Shown: piece after piece, positions 18,426 to 27,486 of the stretch | Layout: each line of letters opens with the position of its first letter | How positions within the stretch are numbered: position 1 is the first letter of the stretch | Origin: an uncultured bacterium | GTDB lineage: Bacteria; Bacteroidota; Bacteroidia; J057; JADKCL01 | DNA length: 64,000 nt | Assembly: GCA_963923035.1 (NCBI GenBank) | Contig: CAWUKT010000003.1 | Span: 58,518-122,517 of the forward strand | Direction: 5' to 3' | Made by a program: the position numbers and the translations under genes | The notes under the pieces: model-generated | What the model was told of the DNA's origin: nothing | Seen by the model: only the letters and a program-made list of their open reading frames with translations | Database searches by the model: none

Positions 18426-18722
18426 ATGAAATTTAGAACACTCGTTGCGTTGGTTGCATTTGCAGCTTTCACTGGTAGCGTACAGGCTCACCATTCCCTC
18501 CTTGCCCCGCAATCCACCGAATCCCAGGAGATTGATCCGCGCTTGCTGGACCAAATTGTCGAGGCGGTTTCTTGCCAAACTGGAATGTCTTGCTGTGAGG
18601 TGAGGGAGGCGTTTTATGAGGGGGAAATGGAGATTGAGAAGACGGCGGACGGGTATGTGGTCAGGGTTGCAAGTACCAATGGCGGAGGAATCTTGGATAT
18701 TGTAATCGAAGATGAGCTTTAA
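18426..18722 (+). CDS. Small secreted hypothetical protein
   Basis: An internal ATG at 18426 gives MKFRTLVALVAFAAFTGSVQA (signal peptide) plus an acidic mature part of about 77 aa. The upstream part of the tracked ORF lacks coding character. Confidence 0.45.
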   Translation: MKFRTLVALVAFAAFTGSVQAHHSLLAPQSTESQEIDPRLLDQIVEAVSCQTGMSCCEVREAFYEGEMEIEKTADGYVVRVASTNGGGILDIVIEDEL

Positions 18723-20185
18723 ATCGCGTCCATCAATCCATTGATCGTGTCAGAATCAGTTTGTTGGTTCCTCTCACATTGAATCATTTTCTGACCTGTG
18801 ATATAGGATAAATACCAAATCTCGAAGTCGAAAAACTTAATTTGCCGCTTTCCATTTGGAGAAGAGGCTATCTGTTCTTGTGCGGCTTTTACGAATTGAT
18901 GGTTTGTCCAGGAAGGTGTTTCGTTTACAATCTTTGATAGGCATTTCAGAATAAACCGAGGGTATTCAGAATCAGTCTTGTAAACGGCTCTTTTGACAGA
19001 GGGATATAGGTATTCCCATTCATCCCAAATTGTTCCATCTTCAAAAGCCAGAATCAATCTCATAATTTCTGGTTGCCACGATAAGAGGGGCGAAAACGAT
19101 TTTGACCTCTTCAATAATTCGTGAAGAGCCCTTCTCGCAAAAAGAATATTTCTTTGCTTTAGCGCCGCCAAACAGCACATATAGAGTTTGAAGGAGTAGC
19201 GGCTTTCCAAATAAAGATTCTGGTTGGCTTGGAGCAGTTCAAATGAAGATTTCACGAAGGATTCGTCGATTCCCACAACCGCTGCGTCAATTGCTCTTGA
19301 TGTCAACAGCTGCCTTTTCTGATTCTCTTCAGCCTTATTCTGAGTTGTCAAAGAGGATAGGAGGAAAAATAGCTTTTTGGCCTTTTCGAAATTCTCCAAC
19401 CTTAGATTTGCAATCACAGAATGGGATAATTCCTTTGCATACTGAACAGGTCTCAAAACATTTTTCAGGTCGCCTAATTCATCCCCAATTCTGTCCTGCA
19501 TAACATGGAATTGGCTTGGTTTCCCCTCCAGAAGAAGGATTATTGATTCTGCTTTTGACTTGTAATAGTATCCTAACTTATTCCGATCCTTGATTTTATC
19601 AATCTCCGCTCGTATTTCGAGAGCGGCCATTTCCCTTTGTTCCAGGTCAAGTCGCAATGAAGATTTGGCCTTTTTATAGGATCGAATCAAAGCCTGTGTC
19701 GAATCAATTTCTTCTTGAAAGTCATTCCAATCAATATTGGAGTCAGAATTCCATAAATCAAATTTGAAATCATCAACGATTTGGTCCCTATAATCAGCAC
19801 AACCCTTAGATAAGAAGTGGTCTTCGCTGGTCCTTGCCAGAGCTACCGTTTCTTGAAAAAGATGCCGTGCGGCTTCAAAGGCTCCGATCTCAAATGCTGT
19901 TTGAACTTTTTCAAGGGGACTTCTTTTGTTGTCGTCATTGCTCAATCCTTCAATAAGTTTTTCAAGAAGGATTTTGCGGTAGTTGAAAAAGACATTTTTG
20001 GTCTTGAATAGTCCTGCTCTCAACTTTGCCTCTTCAGGAAGAGATTCCTTATCCAATCGTTGGTAGAGAAAATAATATTTAGGGAAGTTCCCTTTGGGAT
20101 ATTTCCTCTTTATCCAGCCCGAAAAAGCGGATTTCTGCTCCTCATTCAGAGAAATGATGATATTGTGGAGTTCTTCGGTAATCAT
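18719..20185 (-). CDS. Hypothetical helical-repeat (TPR-like) protein, paralogous architecture
   Basis: A 488-aa ORF in a low-GC region. The N-terminus MITEELHNIIISLNEEQKSAFSGWIKRKYP parallels the N-termini of the 983..2527 and 41304..42701 products. The remainder is helical and repeat-like. Confidence 0.55.
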   Translation of the reverse strand: MITEELHNIIISLNEEQKSAFSGWIKRKYPKGNFPKYYFLYQRLDKESLPEEAKLRAGLFKTKNVFFNYRKILLEKLIEGLSNDDNKRSPLEKVQTAFEIGAFEAARHLFQETVALARTSEDHFLSKGCADYRDQIVDDFKFDLWNSDSNIDWNDFQEEIDSTQALIRSYKKAKSSLRLDLEQREMAALEIRAEIDKIKDRNKLGYYYKSKAESIILLLEGKPSQFHVMQDRIGDELGDLKNVLRPVQYAKELSHSVIANLRLENFEKAKKLFFLLSSLTTQNKAEENQKRQLLTSRAIDAAVVGIDESFVKSSFELLQANQNLYLESRYSFKLYMCCLAALKQRNILFARRALHELLKRSKSFSPLLSWQPEIMRLILAFEDGTIWDEWEYLYPSVKRAVYKTDSEYPRFILKCLSKIVNETPSWTNHQFVKAAQEQIASSPNGKRQIKFFDFEIWYLSYITGQKMIQCERNQQTDSDTINGLMDAI

Positions 20186-20892
20186 GCAAATGTGTTTCCA
20201 CGCATACGCAAGGCTTTGATAATCAGGCTAGGTTTTGGCTTCCGCCTAATTTCTCGTTGTTAATATTACAAAAAATACGGTTTTCATCCCATTGAAGCTA
20301 CCACCATATTGTCCACGCAATCAAATGGCGGCAGACGCGACGAGTGTCCATCTCTAACTGAAAATTAAACCAATGAGAATGCCGCCGCCCTGATTTGACC
20401 GGCACGCCGAATGTCAGGGGTAGCAAAAACAAAGAATTTAGGAGAATTGTGTTCGTTCTTTGGAGGATTGTAGGGATGATCGGGCTGCGGTCCGCTCATT
20501 GTTAGAATCAGTACCTAAACCGGAGGGGAGCGGATGATGTAGCAGTGGTTTGCTCCCCCACCTTGTTGTCCTTTGGGACGACCTGGAGAGGTATGCAAAA
20601 GAGGGTTGTGGATCTCCTTTTTGACCATTATCAGGTCCAGGAACGCCTTTTCGACGTTCCTGACGGGAGAGCTTTGCCCGGAATTAGAGGGTAATTTTTG
20701 AGTCTTTTTGAATTGATGGGGTGGTGGCCCTGTATATCCAAAATCTGTCTTTACTACTTCGAAAATGATGTTGCCACCACCTCCAATTTGTTGGTTGAAG
20801 CAAAGGGGCGAACGCGTTGGCATTTCATTATTGGTCGTTCGCCCCGGCTTCCCTCGTTCTTTCAGTCGGTAGCACAATCAAAGACAATACGT

Positions 20893-23800
20893 ATGGAACC
20901 CAAAAAGCTATTACTCGGTGTAATGTTGATTTACGCCCATACATACTGTTGTGCCCAATTTTTGCCCGAAATCCAGCATTTCGGCGGGGGCAGTCTGGAC
21001 TCCACATGGAGCCTGAGCGACTCGACCTTCTGCAAGGGCGGGACGCTGGCCATCGGGGGGCGGTACTTCGTGCGGCACGCTCCGGGGGAGCAGTGGGACA
21101 GTACGGTGGTATGGTTGGGCGGATTTTTGACGGGAAACAAATGCACGACGCTCTCCCTGAACGCAACCCAGGGAGGACAAAGCGACACGATTACGGTACA
21201 ATTGCCGGATGAATACAAAGCGGATACCTGTCTGGATTTGACTTTGATCCGCTATACATCGGGACTCTTTGGAATAGTCCCCGCCGCGATCAGCGATACG
21301 ATTTGCCTGACAGGCGGCTTCGCAAAATTCACCATTCCCCAGGAGACGTTCTTTTGTTTGGGCGATACTTCGCCCAGGCTCAAGTTCGATTTTCGGCCTC
21401 CGGGGAGCTTTATCAATGCAAGTGGGAATCCGGGCCTGTTGATCCAAGCAAATGGCTCGGTCCCCTTGCATCCGGGGGCCATTGGCACCAATCAGGAGAT
21501 TCAATTGGTATCGGGGCATCCGGTGTGCCCGGATACTGCCAGCTTACACGTGAGCATAGCGGGGAAGCAACTTCCAAGTCTTGGTTTAGTTGGTTGGTCG
21601 ACGGTTCACTGTCCCCTTGGGACGGTGGCCGTCGACACTTCTCTGCTTTGGCCCAAGGGTGGGAAGTTCTATGCTTCTTCTGGGGGAATGGTTCTGGCGG
21701 ACGATTCGTTGGGCGTTATCAACCTTGGCGCGAGTCAACCGGGGAATTACGAATTGATGTATTTCGTTGACGACCCTTGCTTTGATACGGCGAAGATTCC
21801 GATTCAGATACTACCTAGAGATACTGCCTCGGTCCATTATCCGATCTTCAGTACAGGCGGTATCCAACGACTTTGCCAAGACGACGCGCCGGTTGGTCCG
21901 GTCTTTACCTTTGGAGCCAGCGGCGGGACGTTCGTATCGCTTCCCAATACCCTGCAACTCGATTCGAATGGCGTCATCTACCCCGGTTCAAGCCAACCCG
22001 ATCACTACTCAATCGAGTATATCACCCCCGGCCCTTGCCCTGATACCTTCCATGCAGCGTTGAACCTGCGACTGGACACAGCCAAGAATCCCTTCTTCGA
22101 TTTCATTCCCGACCTAGTGTGTGGCGACGATTCGATTATCCCGCTGGATACCGTGGCGGACTTCGGCTATCTGGAAGTATTTCAGGGAAATCAATTCATT
22201 ACTGCGACAGTCCTGCCCCAACTCTTCGTCCAAAACTCACTGGCTCCGGGCTATACCTATCTGATCCGTCACGTCCAGACGGGCTACTGCGCCGATACGG
22301 CGGTGGACTTTCTCACTGTCAAACATCCCGACACAGCGGGATTTGCCTACGATCCCGCCCTCTTATGCCTCAATTCACCCGATCCACTTCCGCTGATCAC
22401 CGGGACCGGAGGCGGCATATTCAGCGCTGTTTCGCCCAGTACAAGCGTCCAGCCCAACGGCAGGTTGGACCTCGCAAATAGCGGCCCCGGCCAGCATATC
22501 ATCCAGTACACAACGACGGGCCTATGCCCCGATTCCCTTCTTGATACTGTCCAGATTGAAACTTCGATTTCTGTTCTGTTTAACTATCAGAGCAATGTTT
22601 TCTGCCATACGGCTCCCAACCCGATGGCCCTGATCCAAAACGTCGGCGGAGTCTTTTCCGCCGACACTTTTGGGTTGGTTCTGGACTCGTTATCGGGGGA
22701 AATCGATCTTGCAAATTCCGTTCCCGGCACCTACCGAATTACCTATACCTTTTCGGGCAGTTGCGAGGACACCTATACCCAGACCGTTTCAGTACTGGCT
22801 TTTGACAGTACCACAACCATTGCCTTTGACCGGGATACCTTCTGCGTGGACAGCGTAGCCCCAATCCCCATTTTATCAGGCGACAGTTCAGGAGCCTATT
22901 TCGCAACTCCGGGCCTTGTTTTCTTCAACCCCGCTAACGGCTCGGTGGACCTCACCCGAACCCCTCCCGGCAGCTATGCCGTCACCTTCGACCTTGAAAA
23001 TATATGTGCGACCAACCCAACTGATACGTTGATTGTATCCAACGCCCCGGAGGTTCTCTTTTCATACTCAGATCCCGTTCTATGTACCGGAGATACGCCC
23101 CTTGCTTGTCAATCGAACCCACTTTCGTTTATGGGTGGGGCGTTCTCCGGGCCTTCGGGGATTGTATTGGATTCGGTGGGGACCATCTACCCCGTCCAAA
23201 GCCAGCCGGGAGGCTATGAAGTAGTGTTTGTAAGTGACGGAATCTGCAAGGCGGTGGAAACCGCTGAGGTCACCATTCACCCGCTTCCCCAAAACGTGGA
23301 ACTTCACTCCAATGATACTGTCCTCTGCGAGGGCGAAGACCTACAATTGCGCATCCATGCTCCCGACGGTGTGGCGTTTCGTTTCTTCCAAAATGGGAGT
23401 CTCACCGATTCGGGAGCCATTTTTTTCACCGTTGACACCCTAAAAAATAGCTCCTCCTTCCGGGCTGAAGTTGAAAACGCATTTGGCTGTACTGCTTCGG
23501 ATTCGATCTGGATACAGGTCAATCCTCGCCCCTCGGTCTCGGCTCAACTGCCAGAGGGTGAGGTTTCTACTGGAGGAAAGCAGACGATTACCTTGTTGAT
23601 TGAGCCGGACGCCACCAGTGTTTCGTGGCGTCTGCTGGCCGGGGATGCTGTCCTTGACAGCGGAATTACGCCACCAGTTTCTGAAGATACGAGCATTCCG
23701 CTCGGAGTCTCCCTCCACGAGGGCGGCCTCTCCCCGGTCATTTATTCTCTTCAATTGGTCCCAACTGCCGAGGGATGTCTCGGGGATACGATCACAGTTC

Positions 23801-24081
23801 CGCTCGAAACACTCTACGATCCGATTTTCATTCCCCAGGTCTTCACCCCCAATGGAGACGGGCAAAATGATTCGTGGGAGGTACGGTGGACAAGCGACAT
23901 TGATCCCAATGACTACGAACTATTGGTCTTCAATCGAACCGGGGGACAGGTAGCGCGAATTGCTCCATTGGGGAGCTACTGGGATGGAGGCAATCTGGCC
24001 GATGGCGTGTACTGGTGGACCCTACGGGATTGGTCGGGACAGGAAATCAGAAGTGGAGGATTAACGATTCGGAGGAAATGA
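20893..24081 (+). CDS. Giant cell-surface adhesin-like protein with tandem Ig-like repeats and type-B T9SS (gliding-motility-associated, CHU_C) C-terminal domain
   Basis: The start was placed at MEPKKLLLGVMLIYAHTYCCAQ (signal peptide). At least six modules of about 90 aa carry the recurring motif G-x-Y-x-[IV]-x-[YF]-x5-C (e.g. PGNYELMYFVDDPC, PDHYSIEYITPGPC, PGQHIIQYTTTGLC, PGTYRITYTFSGSC, PGSYAVTFDLENIC, PGGYEVVFVSDGIC). The C-terminus reads IPQVFTPNGDGQNDSWEV...LLVFNRTGGQV...GVYWWTL. Confidence 0.8.
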   Translation: MEPKKLLLGVMLIYAHTYCCAQFLPEIQHFGGGSLDSTWSLSDSTFCKGGTLAIGGRYFVRHAPGEQWDSTVVWLGGFLTGNKCTTLSLNATQGGQSDTITVQLPDEYKADTCLDLTLIRYTSGLFGIVPAAISDTICLTGGFAKFTIPQETFFCLGDTSPRLKFDFRPPGSFINASGNPGLLIQANGSVPLHPGAIGTNQEIQLVSGHPVCPDTASLHVSIAGKQLPSLGLVGWSTVHCPLGTVAVDTSLLWPKGGKFYASSGGMVLADDSLGVINLGASQPGNYELMYFVDDPCFDTAKIPIQILPRDTASVHYPIFSTGGIQRLCQDDAPVGPVFTFGASGGTFVSLPNTLQLDSNGVIYPGSSQPDHYSIEYITPGPCPDTFHAALNLRLDTAKNPFFDFIPDLVCGDDSIIPLDTVADFGYLEVFQGNQFITATVLPQLFVQNSLAPGYTYLIRHVQTGYCADTAVDFLTVKHPDTAGFAYDPALLCLNSPDPLPLITGTGGGIFSAVSPSTSVQPNGRLDLANSGPGQHIIQYTTTGLCPDSLLDTVQIETSISVLFNYQSNVFCHTAPNPMALIQNVGGVFSADTFGLVLDSLSGEIDLANSVPGTYRITYTFSGSCEDTYTQTVSVLAFDSTTTIAFDRDTFCVDSVAPIPILSGDSSGAYFATPGLVFFNPANGSVDLTRTPPGSYAVTFDLENICATNPTDTLIVSNAPEVLFSYSDPVLCTGDTPLACQSNPLSFMGGAFSGPSGIVLDSVGTIYPVQSQPGGYEVVFVSDGICKAVETAEVTIHPLPQNVELHSNDTVLCEGEDLQLRIHAPDGVAFRFFQNGSLTDSGAIFFTVDTLKNSSSFRAEVENAFGCTASDSIWIQVNPRPSVSAQLPEGEVSTGGKQTITLLIEPDATSVSWRLLAGDAVLDSGITPPVSEDTSIPLGVSLHEGGLSPVIYSLQLVPTAEGCLGDTITVPLETLYDPIFIPQVFTPNGDGQNDSWEVRWTSDIDPNDYELLVFNRTGGQVARIAPLGSYWDGGNLADGVYWWTLRDWSGQEIRSGGLTIRRK

Positions 24082-24082
24082 G

Positions 24083-24736
24083 ATGAGCAAATGGAAGATC
24101 ATATCAAGTGAAATGAACGGGGAGCCGGGACGGGTTGAGCTTGGTCCCAAGGGACAAGGCGCTTTTCACAGGAGAGAAGGCGAAGGAACGAGGACGACGG
24201 TTTTTCACTATGAAATCAGACGGGGATTGGGCTGGGTGGATTTTGAAGACCAATGGGAAACGACGGGCGGGCTGATCCCGATCCAGAACAATAGGCTGTT
24301 GCTGTTCCGCATCCGCAAGAACTATCCCGAACCGGGGACATGGTTTACCGACAGCTTTATCCTTTCGCCCACCGACCGCAAGGAGGGCAATAAATTCCTC
24401 AACCGTCTCTTCGCCAGCGAACTCCAGGCGAAGAGTCTCTGGGTCGAACCCCACGACGGCAAAGCCGTTCGCGCTGCAATCATCGCGGCGGGATCGACTC
24501 ATACAGATTGTGCGGCCATGCTCGGAGTTCCTGTTTCGACGTTTCGAAGCTGGCTCCAACGGCCCCATTGGGTCGCCGATTACCTCGCCCGCCTGAGCTT
24601 GTTCCTGGACACCGACCTGATTGGCCCCTACCTGAAAATGTTCGATGGACAGGCCTGGGTCTCCACATCCGACCAATCGAAGGTTCTGACATTCAAACTG
24701 GATACCCCTCCCAATGAAAACGACTATGGACAATAA
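24083..24736 (+). CDS. Hypothetical protein with C-terminal HTH-like segment
   Basis: A 217-aa ORF starting 2 nt after the adhesin stop. The segment THTDCAAMLGVPVSTFRSWLQRP looks like a helix-turn-helix. No other motif was recognised. Confidence 0.5.
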   Translation: MSKWKIISSEMNGEPGRVELGPKGQGAFHRREGEGTRTTVFHYEIRRGLGWVDFEDQWETTGGLIPIQNNRLLLFRIRKNYPEPGTWFTDSFILSPTDRKEGNKFLNRLFASELQAKSLWVEPHDGKAVRAAIIAAGSTHTDCAAMLGVPVSTFRSWLQRPHWVADYLARLSLFLDTDLIGPYLKMFDGQAWVSTSDQSKVLTFKLDTPPNENDYGQ

Positions 24737-24884
24737 CCGCATTCAACGCGAAACCCGGATTCTGCTCTATGTGATCGCAGTTGTGGGGATTATCGGCGGA
24801 GCCCTCGTATTCGCAAGCGTGGTCTTTGGCTGGGAAGCTGTTTTGCTGGTTCTGATGCGGATGTGGAGGGCACTGGGCTTGTAA
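24726..24884 (+). CDS. Small (52 aa) single/double-pass membrane peptide
   Basis: This ORF was not in the supplied track because it is under 60 aa. I read ATG at 24726 and TAA at 24882. The translation MDNNRIQRETRILLYVIAVVGIIGGALVFASVVFGWEAVLLVLMRMWRALGL is strongly hydrophobic. It overlaps the previous gene by 11 nt. Confidence 0.35.
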   Translation: MDNNRIQRETRILLYVIAVVGIIGGALVFASVVFGWEAVLLVLMRMWRALGL

Positions 24885-24962
24885 TGATGAGCAAAACGAA
24901 ACATGAACCGGCCCTATTTTTCCTTCTGAACAAGAGACTGAACAACATATACGAACTGCTAA

Positions 24963-25214
24963 ATGAGCCTCAACGATGCTATGGCGAACCATTTACCCAA
25001 ATCCGTTCCTTCTATGAGTCCTAACCCTCCGATCCACTTCAACCAATTTCTCAGCCTCGCTGAGATCAATGCTTTGCTTCCCGATACCCAACTGACCGAG
25101 GCCGACCTGGATAATATCGAACGGGGCCGGTTGGTCATCACCAAGACCGCCGATGGACTGCGCAAGGTCCATCTGGGAAGTCTGTTTGAGCTTCTGAAAC
25201 TGCATATCCATTAA
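24963..25214 (+). CDS. Small DNA-binding protein, excisionase/MerR-type HTH-like
   Basis: 83 aa. The segment FLSLAEINALLPD...ERGRLVITKTADGLRKVHLGSLFELLK has the layout of HTH_17/excisionase-type domains. Confidence 0.45.
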   Translation: MSLNDAMANHLPKSVPSMSPNPPIHFNQFLSLAEINALLPDTQLTEADLDNIERGRLVITKTADGLRKVHLGSLFELLKLHIH

Positions 25215-25472
25215 GTGTATCCATTGAATATGAACAACGATCGTGAAATGAGGAACCACGCGCCGCCCCCACTTTGGTGGCCCGACAAGCGAGAGGACAT
25301 TCCTCCCGAAATTTTCGATGACTGGCCCGATGAAACCTCTGTGCCCGATATGATCGCCTTTCACCGGCGCCGGGGCATTGCAATCGATCCCGTCCAGGCG
25401 CTCAAGGACATCAATACCCTGCGCCAGGTCCGCTACCAACAGTGGCAATCTGACTCACTCAACAGAGAATAG
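25215..25472 (+). CDS. Small acidic hypothetical protein
   Basis: 85 aa from a GTG that abuts the previous stop (TAAGTG). An alternative ATG lies at 25230. It is Pro/Asp/Trp-rich (PPPLWWPDKREDIPPEIFDDWPDE), with no recognised domain. Confidence 0.4.
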   Translation: MYPLNMNNDREMRNHAPPPLWWPDKREDIPPEIFDDWPDETSVPDMIAFHRRRGIAIDPVQALKDINTLRQVRYQQWQSDSLNRE

Positions 25473-25769
25473 ACAACGACACGTTATAACCGAAGGATTT
25501 TTGGATTTCCGCCTTGGGCGGGTTGGTTCCGGCTGCGCTCGAATGGGCGTGGCCGGGGTTTTTCTTGAGAGGGGGCCTGGTGGAAAAGAGGTTCGAATTG
25601 CGCTAAATCATGGTACCGTACTGAAAGACCCTTACGTTTTTGATTTTCAAAAAACCAATCAATTACTGATCATTGTGTGTGATTCCAATTGGAAGTTTGC
25701 AAGCGATGACAACAAACTTGCTCTGCATTTTGTAAGGCATGTTTTCCCATCAATCAATCAGGTACCGAG

Positions 25770-26567
25770 ATGAAGCTAAAACCAGTAATCTGCGAAAGCG
25801 ATGCGCTCTCTGAGAGCCAACTACGTCAAATGCACGAGATTACGCGTCTCAACAATCCATTGATTCCAAATGACCACATCCAGCGCAAGCACATTTCAAA
25901 GGTTGCGCCGACCTTCTATTTGTATTACGAAGGACAAAAAATGTTGGCTTTTCAGGGGATGTGTGCGTTTCGGTTGCCGAATCCTTTTCGGAAAGGAGAG
26001 ATTCCCGTTTTCTTTGTTGCTATTGCCTTTCGGCGCCCGGAAGCTGCTGGTAAGGTCCGGGATTTTGCCCGCCAGAGCAACATTGCCTTCATTCGAAGTC
26101 ACCTTGGGCCTTTCTTTTTCCTCAAAACCTGGGCCTCATTTGTCCACACCGTCAACCCCAAATTGACTCACCGTTTTCTCAAATCATTCCCCATTTCCTA
26201 CCCCCAGCCAATGGTAAAGGCACCCCGGAAAATTCAGGATTTAACCCTGAACATTCTGCACAGTTGCCTTGGCTATCCGAATGCGAAAATCGATCCGTTT
26301 TTGGTGAGGCGTGTTCCGGAGTATGCTCCAGAACACGATTACTATTTGTTGAAGGAACCTCAGGACATCACAGCTCGATGGGAAGAAGATTACTGCGCCA
26401 GGGACGAAGCCTGGAACCAGCACTTTATCGAATTGGGAATTGTTCAAGAAAAGCCCGGTTTTTATGGGCTGTTGGGTCCGCTCCAATTGATGTGGGGCTT
26501 TTTCAGCCCATTTGCAGTTCTGCGGAAAAAACTGGGCCTCCGCCCAAGGAGAAAAACAGCTCGCTGA
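25770..26567 (+). CDS. Hypothetical protein, possibly GNAT-fold acyl/aminoacyl-transferase
   Basis: A 265-aa ORF in a low-GC block. The beta-strand segment FYLYYEGQKMLAFQGMCAFRL...IPVFFVAIAFRRPEAAGKVRDF resembles the GNAT core (strand, strand, then a helix at the position of the CoA-binding loop). The fold assignment is only an impression. Confidence 0.45.
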   Translation: MKLKPVICESDALSESQLRQMHEITRLNNPLIPNDHIQRKHISKVAPTFYLYYEGQKMLAFQGMCAFRLPNPFRKGEIPVFFVAIAFRRPEAAGKVRDFARQSNIAFIRSHLGPFFFLKTWASFVHTVNPKLTHRFLKSFPISYPQPMVKAPRKIQDLTLNILHSCLGYPNAKIDPFLVRRVPEYAPEHDYYLLKEPQDITARWEEDYCARDEAWNQHFIELGIVQEKPGFYGLLGPLQLMWGFFSPFAVLRKKLGLRPRRKTAR

Positions 26568-26878
26568 CCATTCAATATGCTCAATTTACAACCCCTTAGG
26601 ATTGATTTCGACAATAAATTGACCCTTGATGAGATGCTTTGGAAACGTTACACCAACAGGCAATTTGGAATTGAAATTTACCAGTAGGAAAGGGGATGGA
26701 TTCAGAGTTAATCCTGATATTAGTTGGTTTCCATTCGACTTCCGCGAATAGCTCAATCTGGTCTTGATACTCCTCCAAGAAAGACCAAAACAAGTTCGCC
26801 CCTTGCCCTATCGGGGCTACACTTAAAAAGAAGCCCCCCCTTTTTTGAGACAGCTTCTTCTTTATTATACAATTGTTG

Positions 26879-27331
26879 CTATTCGTGCTTGGAAGAAGAA
26901 GCCTTTCCCTCCGCTTTCCTAAACACCTCCCCTTCATCCCGGAAGGCTTTAAACTCCAAGACATTCCCACTGGGGTCAAGGAGAAACATCGTGGCTTGTT
27001 CTCCCACCTGATCCTTGAACCGTATATATGGGGCGATGATAAATTTGACACTTTGCCCTTTCAACTTGGCAGCCAACTGCTCCCATTCTTCCATCGGGAG
27101 GATGACTCCCCAATGCCTCGCCGGGACGTGCTTCCCATCAATGACGTTGGTGTCAGCGTAAGTCGGTTCATTGGGCGCAAGGTGCGCACTCAATTGATGG
27201 CCGTACATATCAAAATCAACCCAAGAGGGCGCACTACGACCAATTTTACAGCCCAGAACATCGACGTAAAAGTCTCGTGTGGCTTCCAAATCCTTGACTG
27301 GAAATGCCAGATGAAATGCTCTCGTACTCAT
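26879..27331 (-). CDS. VOC-superfamily (glyoxalase/bleomycin-resistance/dioxygenase fold) protein
   Basis: The start was placed at MSTRAFHLAFPVKDLEATRDFYVDVLGCKIG, the typical VOC N-terminal beta-alpha-beta module. The second half reads HWGVILPMEEWEQL...DPSGNVLEFKAF. Confidence 0.8.
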   Translation of the reverse strand: MSTRAFHLAFPVKDLEATRDFYVDVLGCKIGRSAPSWVDFDMYGHQLSAHLAPNEPTYADTNVIDGKHVPARHWGVILPMEEWEQLAAKLKGQSVKFIIAPYIRFKDQVGEQATMFLLDPSGNVLEFKAFRDEGEVFRKAEGKASSSKHE

Positions 27332-27486
27332 TTCGAAGTATAAGGATTTCCCCCTAATAATCATTGGATAAATGAGTGTCAGGGCTGGTATAAGGATGGA
27401 GGGGAAATAGTTTTTTTCTCGACAAAAAAAGTGTCTCCAGAAACAAAAATACTTCTATCTTTCCCGCCTATTTATGACTGAACTGA

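Noticed and set aside
25378-25773. A 131-aa + strand ORF bridging the small-protein genes and the 265-aa gene.
   Set aside because: Its 5' third overlaps the 25215..25472 ORF in another frame. The remainder spans a region with a small hairpin (CCGCC-ttg-GGCGG) and a T-run that looks like an operon boundary. No motif was recognised.
26596-27051. A 151-aa minus-strand ORF overlapping the 3' part of the VOC gene.
   Set aside because: All of its Met codons lie within the VOC coding region in another frame. It would run through the hairpin following the VOC stop. Only its C-terminal part (in the gap) looks protein-like, so it is reported as ambiguous rather than as a feature.
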